From positions 12,896 to 76,895 of the forward strand of contig CAWGVI010000008.1 of the NCBI GenBank assembly GCA_963826015.1: a stretch of DNA of 64,000 nucleotides. The letters are read 5' to 3'. Source of the DNA: an uncultured Actinomycetota bacterium. Its GTDB lineage: Bacteria > Actinomycetota > Actinomycetes > Propionibacteriales > Nocardioidaceae. How positions within the stretch are numbered: position 1 is the first letter of the stretch; each line of letters opens with the position of its first letter. Position numbers and translations under genes: made by a program. This document shows positions 55,228 to 64,000 of the stretch, piece by piece. The notes under the pieces are model-generated. The model was not told the DNA's origin. It saw nothing but the letters and a program-made list of their open reading frames with translations, and made no database searches.

Positions 55228-55800
55228 TGGCGTGGCGACCCGCGCGCGCAGGCCGGCCAGGACCAGGTCGACCCCGGTGGTGACGTCGGCGGTGTGGTCG
55301 CGGAGCGGGTCCGCGGCGGCGTCGGGCAGGGCAGCGCCGGCGCTCGCGGCCTGGCGCTGGAGCTGCTCGTCCATGGCGTGGCCGAGGACGTAGTGGATCA
55401 GGGTGCGGGTGGCCGTGGCCGCCAGTCCGTCCTCGACGGCACCGGCCGCGAGCACGCCGACCAGCTCGTCGTACGGCGCCTGACCGCCGAGCCCGAACGC
55501 CCGGGCGGTCGCGACGACCTCGGCACCGTCGCGCCAGGCCAGGCAGGCATCGCGCAGGGTGAGGCAGGCGAGGCGGGCACGCTCGTCCCACTCCCCCGCG
55601 GGCAGCGGCCGGGCGCCGCGGGCCAGGATCTCGTCGGCGACCGCGGCCAGCAGCGCCTGCTTGTTGGAGAAGTGGTGGTAGAGCGCGCTGGGCTGGACGC
55701 CGAGCTCGGAGCCGAGCCGGCGCATGGTCAGGTCGGCCAGGCCGTAGTCGTCGAGGACCCCCAGGGCCCGGTCGACGACGTCCTCGCGGCGGTAGCGCAT
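55219..55800 (-). CDS. bioQ: TetR-family biotin regulator BioQ-like
   Basis: TetR HTH LTMRRLG..LGV..SALYHHF; divergent from bioY with a TGAAC-N3-GTTCA site. Confidence 0.8.
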   Translation of the reverse strand: MRYRREDVVDRALGVLDDYGLADLTMRRLGSELGVQPSALYHHFSNKQALLAAVADEILARGARPLPAGEWDERARLACLTLRDACLAWRDGAEVVATARAFGLGGQAPYDELVGVLAAGAVEDGLAATATRTLIHYVLGHAMDEQLQRQAASAGAALPDAAADPLRDHTADVTTGVDLVLAGLRARVATPSG

Positions 55801-55815
55801 GACCCGATGCTAACC

Positions 55816-55828
55816 TGAACGCCGTTCA
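55816..55828. promoter_or_regulatory. BioQ operator
   Basis: TGAAC-gcc-GTTCA matches the BioQ palindrome known from Corynebacterium/Mycobacterium. Confidence 0.85.
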
Positions 55829-55852
55829 GTTCGCCTCGAGAAGGACCCACCC

Positions 55853-56465
55853 ATGGCCTCCCGTCGTTCGACCAGCACCGACATCGCCCTCATCGCCGGC
55901 TTCGCCGCCCTCGTCGCCGTGTGCGCGCTGCTGCCCGCGATCGAGGTCGGCGCGGGGATCGTCCCGATCACCCTCCAGAGCTTCGCCGTGCTGCTGGCCG
56001 GTGCCGTCCTCGGCGCCAAGCGCGGGTTCCTGGCACTCCTGCTGTACGTCGTGGCCGGCGCGGCGGGCCTGCCCGTCTTCTCCGGCGGCGCGGGCGGTCT
56101 CGCCGTCCTGACCGGCCCCACCGGGGGCTACCTGATCGGCTTCCCGCTCGCCGCCGGGCTCTGCGGATTCATCGTCGAGCGACTCCCGCGCCACAAGCTC
56201 GCGACGAGCATCCCCCTGATCCTCGTCGCCGGTCTCATCGGCAGCTTCGTGTTCATCCACCCCCTCGGGATCGCGGGGCTCGTCGCTCGCGCCGACATGT
56301 CGTGGAGCGAGGCGTTCGCGATCGACCGTGTCTTCTGGATCGGCGACGTGGTCAAGAACGTCCTGATGGCGCTGGTCGCGACCGCCGTCCACCGCGCGTT
56401 CCCCGACCTCCTCCCGCAGCGCCGGGCCAGCGGAGCCCGCACTCCCCACGCACGCGCCTGCGTGA
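55853..56465 (+). CDS. bioY: Biotin ECF S-component BioY (stop apparently lost; in frame with the ATPase in this assembly)
   Basis: VPITLQSF, GLPVFSGG, GPTGGYLIGF, GDVVK. Confidence 0.9.
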
Positions 56466-57151
56466 GCCGGGTCGAGCTGCGCGACGTCACCGTCCGGCTG
56501 CCCACGACCGCGGGCGACGTCCTCGTCCTCGACACGACCTCGCTGACGCTCACCGAGCAGCGGGTGGCGCTGATCGGGGGCAACGGATCCGGCAAGTCGA
56601 CCCTCGCGCGCCTCGTCAACGGGCTGGTCACGGCCACGACCGGCCAGGTGCTGGTCGACGGCCTGGACGTCGCCGAGGAGGGCGCGGCCGTCCGCCGCAA
56701 GGTCGGGTTCTGCTTCACCGACCCGGCCGCGCAGCTGGTGATGCCGACCGTCGTCGAGGACGTCGCCCTGTCGCTGCGCCGGCAGGTGAAGGACAAGCAC
56801 GCGCGCCGTACGGCGGCGATCGCCGTGCTGGAGCGGTACGGACTGGCCGACCTCGCCGACCGGAGCGTCCACTCGCTCTCCGGCGGCCAGCGCCAGCTGC
56901 TCGCCCTCGCGGGCGTGCTCGCCACCGACCCGGACGTGCTCGTGGCCGACGAGCCGACGACCCTGCTCGACCTCCGCAACACCCGGGTGGTCGCCGACCT
57001 GCTGCTCGCACTCCCCCAGCAGCTGCTGCTCGTCACCCACGACCTCGACCTGGCGCTGCGCTGCGACCGGGCGCTGCTCGTCGAGGGCGGCCGGGTGGTC
57101 GCCGACGGGGCACCGGCCGAGGTCGTCGGCACCTACCGGGAGCGGGCATGA
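56462..57151 (+). CDS. bioM: ECF transporter ATPase (BioM)
   Basis: GGNGSGKST, LSGGQRQ, DEPTTLLD, VTHD. Confidence 0.88.
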   Translation: MSRVELRDVTVRLPTTAGDVLVLDTTSLTLTEQRVALIGGNGSGKSTLARLVNGLVTATTGQVLVDGLDVAEEGAAVRRKVGFCFTDPAAQLVMPTVVEDVALSLRRQVKDKHARRTAAIAVLERYGLADLADRSVHSLSGGQRQLLALAGVLATDPDVLVADEPTTLLDLRNTRVVADLLLALPQQLLLVTHDLDLALRCDRALLVEGGRVVADGAPAEVVGTYRERA

Positions 57152-57756
57152 GCCTGCTCGGGCTGCACCAGCCCGGTGACACCGTGCTCCACCGGCTGCC
57201 GGCTGCCGCCAAGCTGGGCGGCCTGCTCGTCGCGAGCATCGCGGTCGTCGTGGTGCGCGGGCCGTGGTCCGCGCTGGTGCTGCTCGCGCTCGCGGTCGGC
57301 ACGGCCGCGTGGTCGCGCGCCGGGTGGCGCACCCTGCTGCGGAGCCTGCGCGTCATCCTGCTGATGACGGCGGTGCTCGCGGCGTACACGACCTGGCAGC
57401 GGGGCTGGGAGCGCGGCGTCGAGGTGAGCGCCGACCTGCTGACGCTCGTGCTGCTCGCCACGGTCCTCACGATCACGACCCCGGTCGACGAGCTGCTGGA
57501 CACCGTCACCCGCGCGCTGGGACCGCTGCGCCGGCTCGGGGTCGACCCCGAGCGGGTGAGCCTGGCGTTCGCGCTGATGATCCGGGCCGTGCCGACGACC
57601 CTCGACCTGGCCCGGCAGACCCGGGACGCGGCGCGGGCGCGCGGGCTCGATCGAGACCCGCGCGCCCGGCTGGTGCCGCTGGTGATCCGGTCGGTCGCCC
57701 ACGCCCGGGCGACCGGGGAGGCGCTCGACGCGCGTGGCGTCGGCGACCTCGACTGA
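57148..57756 (+). CDS. bioN: ECF transmembrane component (BioN)
   Basis: LHRLPAAAKL and twin ARG motifs (ARARGL, ALDARG); ATGA overlap. Confidence 0.88.
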   Translation: MSLLGLHQPGDTVLHRLPAAAKLGGLLVASIAVVVVRGPWSALVLLALAVGTAAWSRAGWRTLLRSLRVILLMTAVLAAYTTWQRGWERGVEVSADLLTLVLLATVLTITTPVDELLDTVTRALGPLRRLGVDPERVSLAFALMIRAVPTTLDLARQTRDAARARGLDRDPRARLVPLVIRSVAHARATGEALDARGVGDLD

Positions 57757-57760
57757 CCGG

Positions 57761-58309
57761 TCAGGCGGCCTGCGCGACCTCGGCGGCGACCAGCGCCTCG
57801 AGGGCGCCGATGAGCTTGGCGACGGTCTCCTCGTCGGTCAGCACGTCGACCTCGAGGGCCGACTGCGAGACCACGACGTCAGCGAGCACGTGTGCCCCGG
57901 CGATGCCGGCGGACCGGCGGGCGTCGTCGTGCGACCACTTGCCGCCGTACGGCGTGGGGGTGGCCCCGATCGCGGCGAACGGCTTGCCCGTGATCGCGCC
58001 GACGCCGAACGGGCGGGACAGCCAGTCGAGGGCGTTGTTGAGGACGGCGGGCATGGTGCCGTTGTACTCGGGGGTGACGGCCAGCACGCGGTCGGCGGCG
58101 GCGACCTGCTCGCGCAGACGGACGGCCGCTTCAGGGGCGGCGTCCCCGTCGATCTCCTCGTTGTAGAAGGGGATCTCGTGGAGGCCCTCGGCGATGGTCA
58201 CCCGGACGCCCTCGGGCGCACGGTCGGCCAGCAGCTCGGCGATGCGCCGGTTGAGCGAGTCGGCGCGCAGGCTGCCGAGGAGGACCAGGACGTGGGTGGG
58301 TGAAGTCAT
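57761..58309 (-). CDS. NAD(P)H-dependent FMN reductase
   Basis: GSLRADSLN, TPEYNG, NALDWLSRP. Confidence 0.92.
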   Translation of the reverse strand: MTSPTHVLVLLGSLRADSLNRRIAELLADRAPEGVRVTIAEGLHEIPFYNEEIDGDAAPEAAVRLREQVAAADRVLAVTPEYNGTMPAVLNNALDWLSRPFGVGAITGKPFAAIGATPTPYGGKWSHDDARRSAGIAGAHVLADVVVSQSALEVDVLTDEETVAKLIGALEALVAAEVAQAA

Positions 58310-58320
58310 GTCCAACAAAA

Positions 58321-58334
58321 CGGACCGCGGTCCG
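58321..58334. promoter_or_regulatory. Probable TetR operator
   Basis: Perfect palindrome cggaccgcggtccg with A/T flanks between the divergent reductase and TetR genes. Confidence 0.7.
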
Positions 58335-58381
58335 CTTCTATTCCGATATCGGGATTCTTTCTCCGGCCCTACGCTGGCGCC

Positions 58382-58972
58382 GTGCCCGACCTGCTCCCGA
58401 TGGCCGACGCGCCGCACCCCGAGCGCTCGGATGCCGCGCGCAACCGGGAGCGCGTGCTGGCCACCGCGGCCCTGCTGCTCGACCAGGTCGGGCCCGACTG
58501 CGTGACCATGGACGCGGTCGCGGCGGCCGCGGGCGTCGGCAAGGGGACGCTGTTCCGCCGGTTCGAGTCCCGCGAGGGGCTGATGGGCGCGCTGCTCAAC
58601 CGGTCGGAGACGCAGTGGCAGGCCGCGGTGCTGTCCGGCCCTCCCCCGCTCGGTCCGGGCGCCGAGCCGTGGGACCGGTTGATGGCCTTCGGGCGGACCC
58701 GGCTGGAGACGACGTTGCTCCACGCCGACCTGATCCGCAACGCCGGGCGGTCCGGGACGCGCTCGTTCGCGGCGTACTCCTTCGCGATCATGCACGTGCG
58801 GCACCTGCTCCGGGAGCTCGGCACCGACGGTGACCTGCCGATGCTCGCGGCGGCGCTGCTGGCGCCGCTGGAGCTGCCGATCATCGACCAGCAGGTGCGC
58901 GTCGACGGCTTCCCGGTCGACCGCGTGCTCGACGCCTGGACCGATCTGGCCCGCCGGATCATCCGCCCCTGA
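58382..58972 (+). CDS. TetR-family regulator
   Basis: RSDAARNRERVL, AGVGKGTLFRRF; TACGCT 6 nt before GTG. Confidence 0.92.
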   Translation: MPDLLPMADAPHPERSDAARNRERVLATAALLLDQVGPDCVTMDAVAAAAGVGKGTLFRRFESREGLMGALLNRSETQWQAAVLSGPPPLGPGAEPWDRLMAFGRTRLETTLLHADLIRNAGRSGTRSFAAYSFAIMHVRHLLRELGTDGDLPMLAAALLAPLELPIIDQQVRVDGFPVDRVLDAWTDLARRIIRP

Positions 58973-58998
58973 CGCCGCCGCTGATGGGACCTCACCGG

Positions 58999-59172
58999 GC
59001 CGGAGGTCTCGACAGCCGCTCGCTGACGCTCGCTGCTCGACCACCTACCGACGGCCCCAGGTGGTCGAGCCGCCCGAGCCGGAGGTCTCGACCACCGCTC
59101 GCTGGCGCTCGCTGCTCGACCACCTACCGACGAGCCCGGGGTGGTCGAGCTGCTCGACCACCTACCGACGGG
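58999..59172. repeat. Cluster of REP-like units (two ~79-bp copies plus a partial copy)
   Basis: gccggaggtctcgac...gctcgctg(a/g)cgctcgctgctcgaccacctaccgacg...gtggtcgagc repeated. Confidence 0.88.
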
Positions 59173-59173
59173 A

Positions 59174-60756
59174 TCAGACCTGCTGGCGGCGCAGCCCGAA
59201 GGTCATGCCGTCGACCAGCGCTCCCCACGACGCCTCGATCACGTTGGCGCCGACCCCGACCGTCACCCAGGACGACGCCCCGTCGGAGGTCTCGATCAGC
59301 ACCCGGGTCACCGCGTCGGTGCCGTGGCCCTGGTCGAGGATCCGCACCTTGTAGTCGATCAGCTCGAACTTCGCGACCTCCGGGTAGGCCTGCCCGATCG
59401 CCTCGCGCAGCGCCTGGTCGAGGGCGTTGACCGGACCGTTCCCCTCACCGGTGACGACGTAGCGCACCCCCTGCGAGCGCAGCTTCACGGTCGCCTCGGA
59501 GATCGCCTCGTCCCCGGGTCGGGTCTCGGTGATCACCCGCCACGACTCGACGTCGAAGTACGACGGCCGGGCGCCCTCCACCTCCTCGACCAGGAGCAGC
59601 TCGAAGGACGCGTCGGCCGCCTCGAACGTGTGGCCGCGCGCCTCCATCGCCTTGACCCGGTCGGTGACCCGGGTGACCAGGTCCCGGTCACCGGAGAGGT
59701 CGAAGCCGAGCTCGCGGCCCTTCAGCTCGATCGAGGCGCGGCCGGCCATGTCGGAGACCAGCAGCCTCATGTCGTTGCCGACGCCGACCGGGTCCATGTG
59801 CTGGTAGAGGCCGGGATCGACCTTGATCGCACTCGCGTGCAGGCCCGCCTTGTGCGTGAACGCGCTGGTGCCCACGTAGGGCTGCCGGCTGGCGGGCGGG
59901 AAGTTGGTGACGTCGGCGACCGCGTGCGCGATCCGGGTCGCGTCGGCGAGCAGCCCCTGCGGCAGCACCCGGCGGTCGAGCTTGAGCTCGAGGTTGGCCA
60001 CGACGCTGACCAGGTCGGCGTTGCCGGTGCGCTCGCCGTACCCGTTGATCGTGCCCTGGACGTGGGTCGCGCCGGCCTCGACGGCGGCGAGGGTGTTCGC
60101 GACCGCGCAGCCGGTGTCGTTGTGGCAGTGGATCCCGACCCGCACGCCCGTGGTCTCGACGACGTCGTGCACGACGTCGGCCACCCAGCGCCGGCAGCAT
60201 CCCGCCGTTGGTGTCACACAGGGCGACGACCGAGGCGCCCGCGTCGTACGCCGTGCGCAGCACCTCGAGGGCGTAGTCGCGGTTGGCGCGGTAGCCGTCG
60301 AAGAAGTGCTCGGCGTCCAGGAACACCTGCTGCCCCTCCGCCCGGAGGTGGCTCACCGTGTCGCGGACCATCGCCAGGTTCTCCTCCAGCGTGGTCCGCA
60401 GCGCCAGGTCGACGTGCCGGTCGTGGGACTTCGCGACCAGCGTCACGACCCCGGCACCGGAGTCGCGGAGCGCGGCGACCAGCGGGTCGTCGGCCGCCTT
60501 CACGCCCGCCCGGCGGGTCGCGCCGAACGCGGCCAGCTGCGCGTGGCGAGAGGTCCAGCTCCCCGCGGGCGCGCCGGAAGAACTCGGTGTCCTTGGGGTT
60601 CGCCCCCGGCCACCCGCCCTCGATGTAGCCCACCCCGAGCCCGTCGAGGTGCCGGGCGATGGTGAGCTTGTCGGCCACGGAGAGGTTGAGACCCTCCTGC
60701 TGGGCGCCGTCGCGCAGCGTCGTGTCGTAGACGTGGAAGTCGCCGTGCAGGTCCAT
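59174..60756 (-). CDS. cimA: Citramalate synthase (frameshifts near 60550 and 60190)
   Basis: [62 protein letters not shown]. Confidence 0.9.
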
Positions 60757-60816
60757 GCTGCTCCACTTCTCCTTCTGCTACTGCTGTCGGGTGCCGATGT
60801 CTTGCTTCTCCGCTGA

Positions 60817-60917
60817 GGTCTCGAGACGGGTCGGTCCGTCCGAGCGAGCTCGGCCGGACCCGAGCCCTCCTCGACCTTCCGCCCCTTTCAGGACTTCGCA
60901 AGCTCAGTCCTGGGGCG
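60817..60917. repeat. REP-like hairpins in the cimA 5' region
   Basis: ggtctcgagac...cctcctcgacc and caggact-tcgcaagctc-agtcctg. Confidence 0.55.
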
Positions 60918-60918
60918 T

Positions 60919-60945
60919 AAAAAAACCTCCTGGGGTGCAGGAGGT
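60919..60945 (-). terminator. Attenuator terminator upstream of cimA
   Basis: Minus strand acctcctg-cacc-ccaggagg followed by a 7-T run. Confidence 0.85.
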
Positions 60946-60969
60946 GGGCGCGTCGACGGGGTCGGCGCG

Positions 60970-61002
60970 CTAGCGAATGATGATGCTCGAGCGGTGGCTC
61001 AC
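60970..61002 (-). CDS. Putative cimA leader peptide MSHRSSIIIR
   Basis: GTG AGC CAC CGC TCG AGC ATC ATC ATT CGC TAG; CACACT 6 nt upstream; terminator about 25 nt downstream. Confidence 0.78.
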   Translation of the reverse strand: MSHRSSIIIR

Positions 61003-61055
61003 CCGACCAGTGTGCCACCGGAGACGCGCGCTGAGACAGGCTTCTCGCGATCCGG

Positions 61056-62606
61056 TCAGGGCAGCCGGTCGACCGGGTTGCCCAGCGGGGCCCAGTGGGT
61101 GCCGCGATCGGCGGCGAGCACGCCGAGGCCGATGGCGCCGCCGGCGGCCACCGCCCACAGCACCAGCCACGGGACCAGGCTCCGGCAGAGCGGGTTGACC
61201 ATCCGGGTCACCGGTCCGCGGAACCGCGAGCCGCCCGGGCCGAGCCACAGCGCGAGCACGGTCACGACTCCGCTGGCGACGAGCGTGACCTGCTCGCCGG
61301 CGGCCAGGGCGTAGCAGATCAGCGCGCAGGCCAGGCCCAGCCCGAGGCTCCACAGCAGGAGCAGCACGGCTCCGGGGATCGCCTGGACGAGGTGCCACGG
61401 TGAGGCGAGCAGCACCTGCGGGCCGTCCCACCACTTCGCGCCGCGCACCTCCCGGCGTACGCCGCGGGCGGTGCCCGCCAGCGAGGCACCACGGAGGAAC
61501 CAGGTGGCGAGGCCGATCAGGACCAGGGTCAGCCACGGGTACGCGGCGAGGCCCGTGGCCGCGCCGGCCGCGAGCGTGACCAGGAGCAGGCCCCGTCGGC
61601 TGCGCTCGGCGACGCCCACGCGCGGCGGCGGCTGGTCCTCGTCGAGCCAGCGGGTGGCGTCCGCGTCGTCCGCGTCGTCTGCGTCCTCCTCGTCGAAGAA
61701 GCTGATGGTCCGCTCGTGGGCGGCGCCGGCGAGGGCGAGCGGCACGGTGTACGGGTCGTCGATCTCGGCCCGGTCCACCGGGACGACGGCGACGGGGGCC
61801 GGCCCTCCCTCGAGCCAGTCCAGGACCTCCTCGAGGCTCGGCCGCTGTGCCGGTTCGGGGTTGAGGGCGGCGTGGACCAGCTGCCGCAGGTCCTCCGGGA
61901 GCCCGGTCAGGTCGTGCTCGCCGCGCCGGACCCGGTCCATGATCGCCATCGAGGGCCCGCGACCGAAGGGAGCCCGACCGGTCCCGGCGAACGCGACGGT
62001 GGCGGCCCAGGAGTGGATGTCGGAGGCCTCGGTGGCGTCGTCGCCGAAGAGGATCTCGGGCGCGAGGTAGCCGGGCGTGCCGAGCAGCCAGCCGGTGTGG
62101 GTGAGGCGCGGGTCGTCGGCGACGCGGGCCAGGCCGAAGTCGATCAGGATCGGGGTGCGGCCCTCCATCAGCACGTTCGACGGCTTCACGTCGCGGTGCA
62201 GGACGCCGACGGAGTGCACGGACGCGATGCCCTCGGCCAGGCACTCGGCGAACCACCGCAGGTCGTCGCCCTCGATCGGGCCGGCCTCGGCGACGTACTC
62301 GTGCAGGCTCAGGCCGGGGACGTAGCGGGTCGCGACGTAGGGCACCTCGCCCCAGGGGTCGGAGTCGACGATCTCGGCGACCCAACGGCTACGGATCCGG
62401 GACAGCGAGCTGACCTCGCGGGCCAGCCGCTGCCGCGCCTCCTCGTCGCCGACGATGTGGGGCCGCAGCACCTTCAGCGCAACCCGGTGCCCGTCGGCGC
62501 GCCGGGCGAGGTGGACCACGCCCATGCCGCCCTCACCGAGGCGGTTGAGGAGCTGGTAGCCGCCGACCCGGAGGTCGACCGGCGCAGGCTCGGGAGGCGG
62601 CGTCAC
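61056..62606 (-). CDS. Ser/Thr protein kinase with multi-TM C-terminus
   Basis: GEGGMG, VALK, HRDVKPSN, DFG, GTPGYLAPE. Confidence 0.95.
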   Translation of the reverse strand: MTPPPEPAPVDLRVGGYQLLNRLGEGGMGVVHLARRADGHRVALKVLRPHIVGDEEARQRLAREVSSLSRIRSRWVAEIVDSDPWGEVPYVATRYVPGLSLHEYVAEAGPIEGDDLRWFAECLAEGIASVHSVGVLHRDVKPSNVLMEGRTPILIDFGLARVADDPRLTHTGWLLGTPGYLAPEILFGDDATEASDIHSWAATVAFAGTGRAPFGRGPSMAIMDRVRRGEHDLTGLPEDLRQLVHAALNPEPAQRPSLEEVLDWLEGGPAPVAVVPVDRAEIDDPYTVPLALAGAAHERTISFFDEEDADDADDADATRWLDEDQPPPRVGVAERSRRGLLLVTLAAGAATGLAAYPWLTLVLIGLATWFLRGASLAGTARGVRREVRGAKWWDGPQVLLASPWHLVQAIPGAVLLLLWSLGLGLACALICYALAAGEQVTLVASGVVTVLALWLGPGGSRFRGPVTRMVNPLCRSLVPWLVLWAVAAGGAIGLGVLAADRGTHWAPLGNPVDRLP

Positions 62607-62672
62607 GCCAGAAATGTACCCGTGGGCGAGACCGCCCGCCGGGCTGACTCACCACGGTCGGCGTCCGGCGGT

Positions 62673-62691
62673 GTAACTTAGGGTTGCCTAA
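62673..62691. promoter_or_regulatory. DtxR/IdeR iron box
   Basis: Reverse strand TTAGGCAACCCTAAGTTAC versus consensus TTAGGTTAGCCTAACCTAA (13/19), 28 nt upstream of iron ABC permeases. Confidence 0.8.
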
Positions 62692-62719
62692 CCAAACCTG
62701 ACTGGGGGAGGCCCGGACC

Positions 62720-63760
62720 GTGACCACCACGACCGAGCCCTGGGCGCCACCGACCCGCCGGTCGGTCCTGCGCCGGGGGTCGCCCGCCGGCATCGTCGTC
62801 CTGGTGCTGCTGCTGGTCGTCGCCGCCGCGCTGAGCCTGGCCGTGGGTGCCCGCACCCTCCCCGTCGGCACCGTCGTCGACGCGCTGCTGCACGGCGGGG
62901 ACGGCGAGGCCGGCAGCATCGTCCGCGAGCTGCGGGTCCCCCGCACGGCGCTCGCGATCCTGGTCGGCGTCTGCCTCGGTGTCGGCGGCGCCCTGATGCA
63001 GGGCCACACCCGCAACCCGCTCGCCGAGCCCGGCCTGCTGGGCGTCTCGGCCGGCGCGGCGTTCGCGGTGGTCATCGGCATCTACGTCTTCGGCGTCACC
63101 GACCTGTCCGGCTACGCCTGGTTCTCGCTCGCGGGGGCCGGGCTCGCCGCCGTCGCGGTGTTCGCGATCGGCTCCACCCGCGGTGGTCCCGACCCGATCT
63201 CGCTGGTGCTGGCCGGCGCCGCCATCACCGCGCTGCTCGCCGCTCTCACCCAGTCGATCGTGCTGCGCGACCTCGACACCCTCGACGAGTACCGCTTCTG
63301 GGTCGTCGGGTCCGCCGCCGGCCGGAGCATCGAGGTGTTCTGGCAGGTGCTGCCGTTCGCGCTCGGCGGGCTGCTGCTGGCGGCGACCAGCGCGCCGGGG
63401 CTGAACCTGCTCCAACTCGGCGACGACGCCGCCGCGTCGCTCGGGATGCACCCCCGCCGTCATCAGGCCATGGGCCTCACCTCGGTGATGCTGCTGACCG
63501 GTGCGGCCACGGCGGCGTGCGGCCCGATCGTCTTCGTCGGCCTGGTCGTCCCCCACCTCGCCCGTCACCTCGGTGGCGTCGACTACCGCTGGGTCGTCCC
63601 GTACGCCGGGCTGCTCGGCGGCCTGCTCGTCCTGCTGGCCGACGTGCTGGGCCGGGTGGTGGTCCGACCCGGCGAGCTCCAGGTCGGGATCATGATGGCG
63701 CTGGTCGGCGGGCCTGTCTTCGTCCTGCTGGTCCGCCGCTTCCGGGTGGTGTCGATCTGA
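62720..63760 (+). CDS. Iron-siderophore ABC permease (FecCD family)
   Basis: LRVPRT, TRNPLAEPGLLGV, GPIVFVGLVVPH. Confidence 0.95.
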   Translation: MTTTTEPWAPPTRRSVLRRGSPAGIVVLVLLLVVAAALSLAVGARTLPVGTVVDALLHGGDGEAGSIVRELRVPRTALAILVGVCLGVGGALMQGHTRNPLAEPGLLGVSAGAAFAVVIGIYVFGVTDLSGYAWFSLAGAGLAAVAVFAIGSTRGGPDPISLVLAGAAITALLAALTQSIVLRDLDTLDEYRFWVVGSAAGRSIEVFWQVLPFALGGLLLAATSAPGLNLLQLGDDAAASLGMHPRRHQAMGLTSVMLLTGAATAACGPIVFVGLVVPHLARHLGGVDYRWVVPYAGLLGGLLVLLADVLGRVVVRPGELQVGIMMALVGGPVFVLLVRRFRVVSI

Positions 63761-64000
63761 TGGCGAGCCCGTCCTTCCCGCTCTCCGCACCTCTGCGGGT
63801 CGGCTCCTTCTCGTGGCTGGTGCCACTCCGGGCCGCCCTGGTCACGCTGCTCGGCCTGGTCGTGCTGGTCGTCCTGGTCGCGCTCGACCTCGCCCACGGT
63901 GACTTCCCGCTGCCGCTGCGCGACGTCGTCGCGACCCTGCTCGGCGGCGGCGACCCGGCGTCGGAGTTCATCGTCCTGGAGCTCCGGCTGCCGCAGGCGC
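63760..64000 (+). CDS. Second FecCD-family permease, truncated by the window end
   Basis: ATG overlapping the previous TGA; ...LAHGDFPLPLRDVVATLLGGGD..FIVLELRLPQA. Confidence 0.85.
   Translation, partial: MASPSFPLSAPLRVGSFSWLVPLRAALVTLLGLVVLVVLVALDLAHGDFPLPLRDVVATLLGGGDPASEFIVLELRLPQA

Noticed and set aside
58999-59172. CRISPR array
   Set aside because: Units are near-identical palindromic blocks with no unique spacers

Overview
High-GC actinobacterial chromosomal segment; gene order and protein sequences resemble Nocardioides (inference). It is mostly core genome: a peptide ABC transporter, rimM-khpA-rpsP, ffh-glnD-glnB-amt-ftsY, smc, mutM-rnc-rpmF-yceD-coaD-rsmD-recG-DAK2, rpmB, thiL, ddl, metB-like, gpsA-plsC-cofC-hup, leuCD with an IclR/NdgR regulator, ada/alkA-ogt, tRNA-Gln/tRNA-Glu, gltX, bioQ-bioYMN, cimA, a Ser/Thr kinase and the start of an IdeR-boxed iron-siderophore ABC operon. 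I see no integrase, transposase, cas gene or CRISPR array. About 14 genes, including essential ones (gltX, ftsY), carry single-base frameshifts, mostly in G/C runs, which points to uncorrected long-read indels rather than pseudogenes. The most interesting signals are: (i) an unannotated 10-aa Ile-Ile-Ile leader peptide plus terminator upstream of citramalate synthase; (ii) a tandem/inverted repeat array with a DnaA-type box and an orphan HTH gene between a thioesterase and smc; (iii) a palindromic element present twice with the same left flank but an inverted core; (iv) several REP-like families; (v) a Cys/His-rich hypothetical + DUF2087 + pentapeptide-repeat trio.
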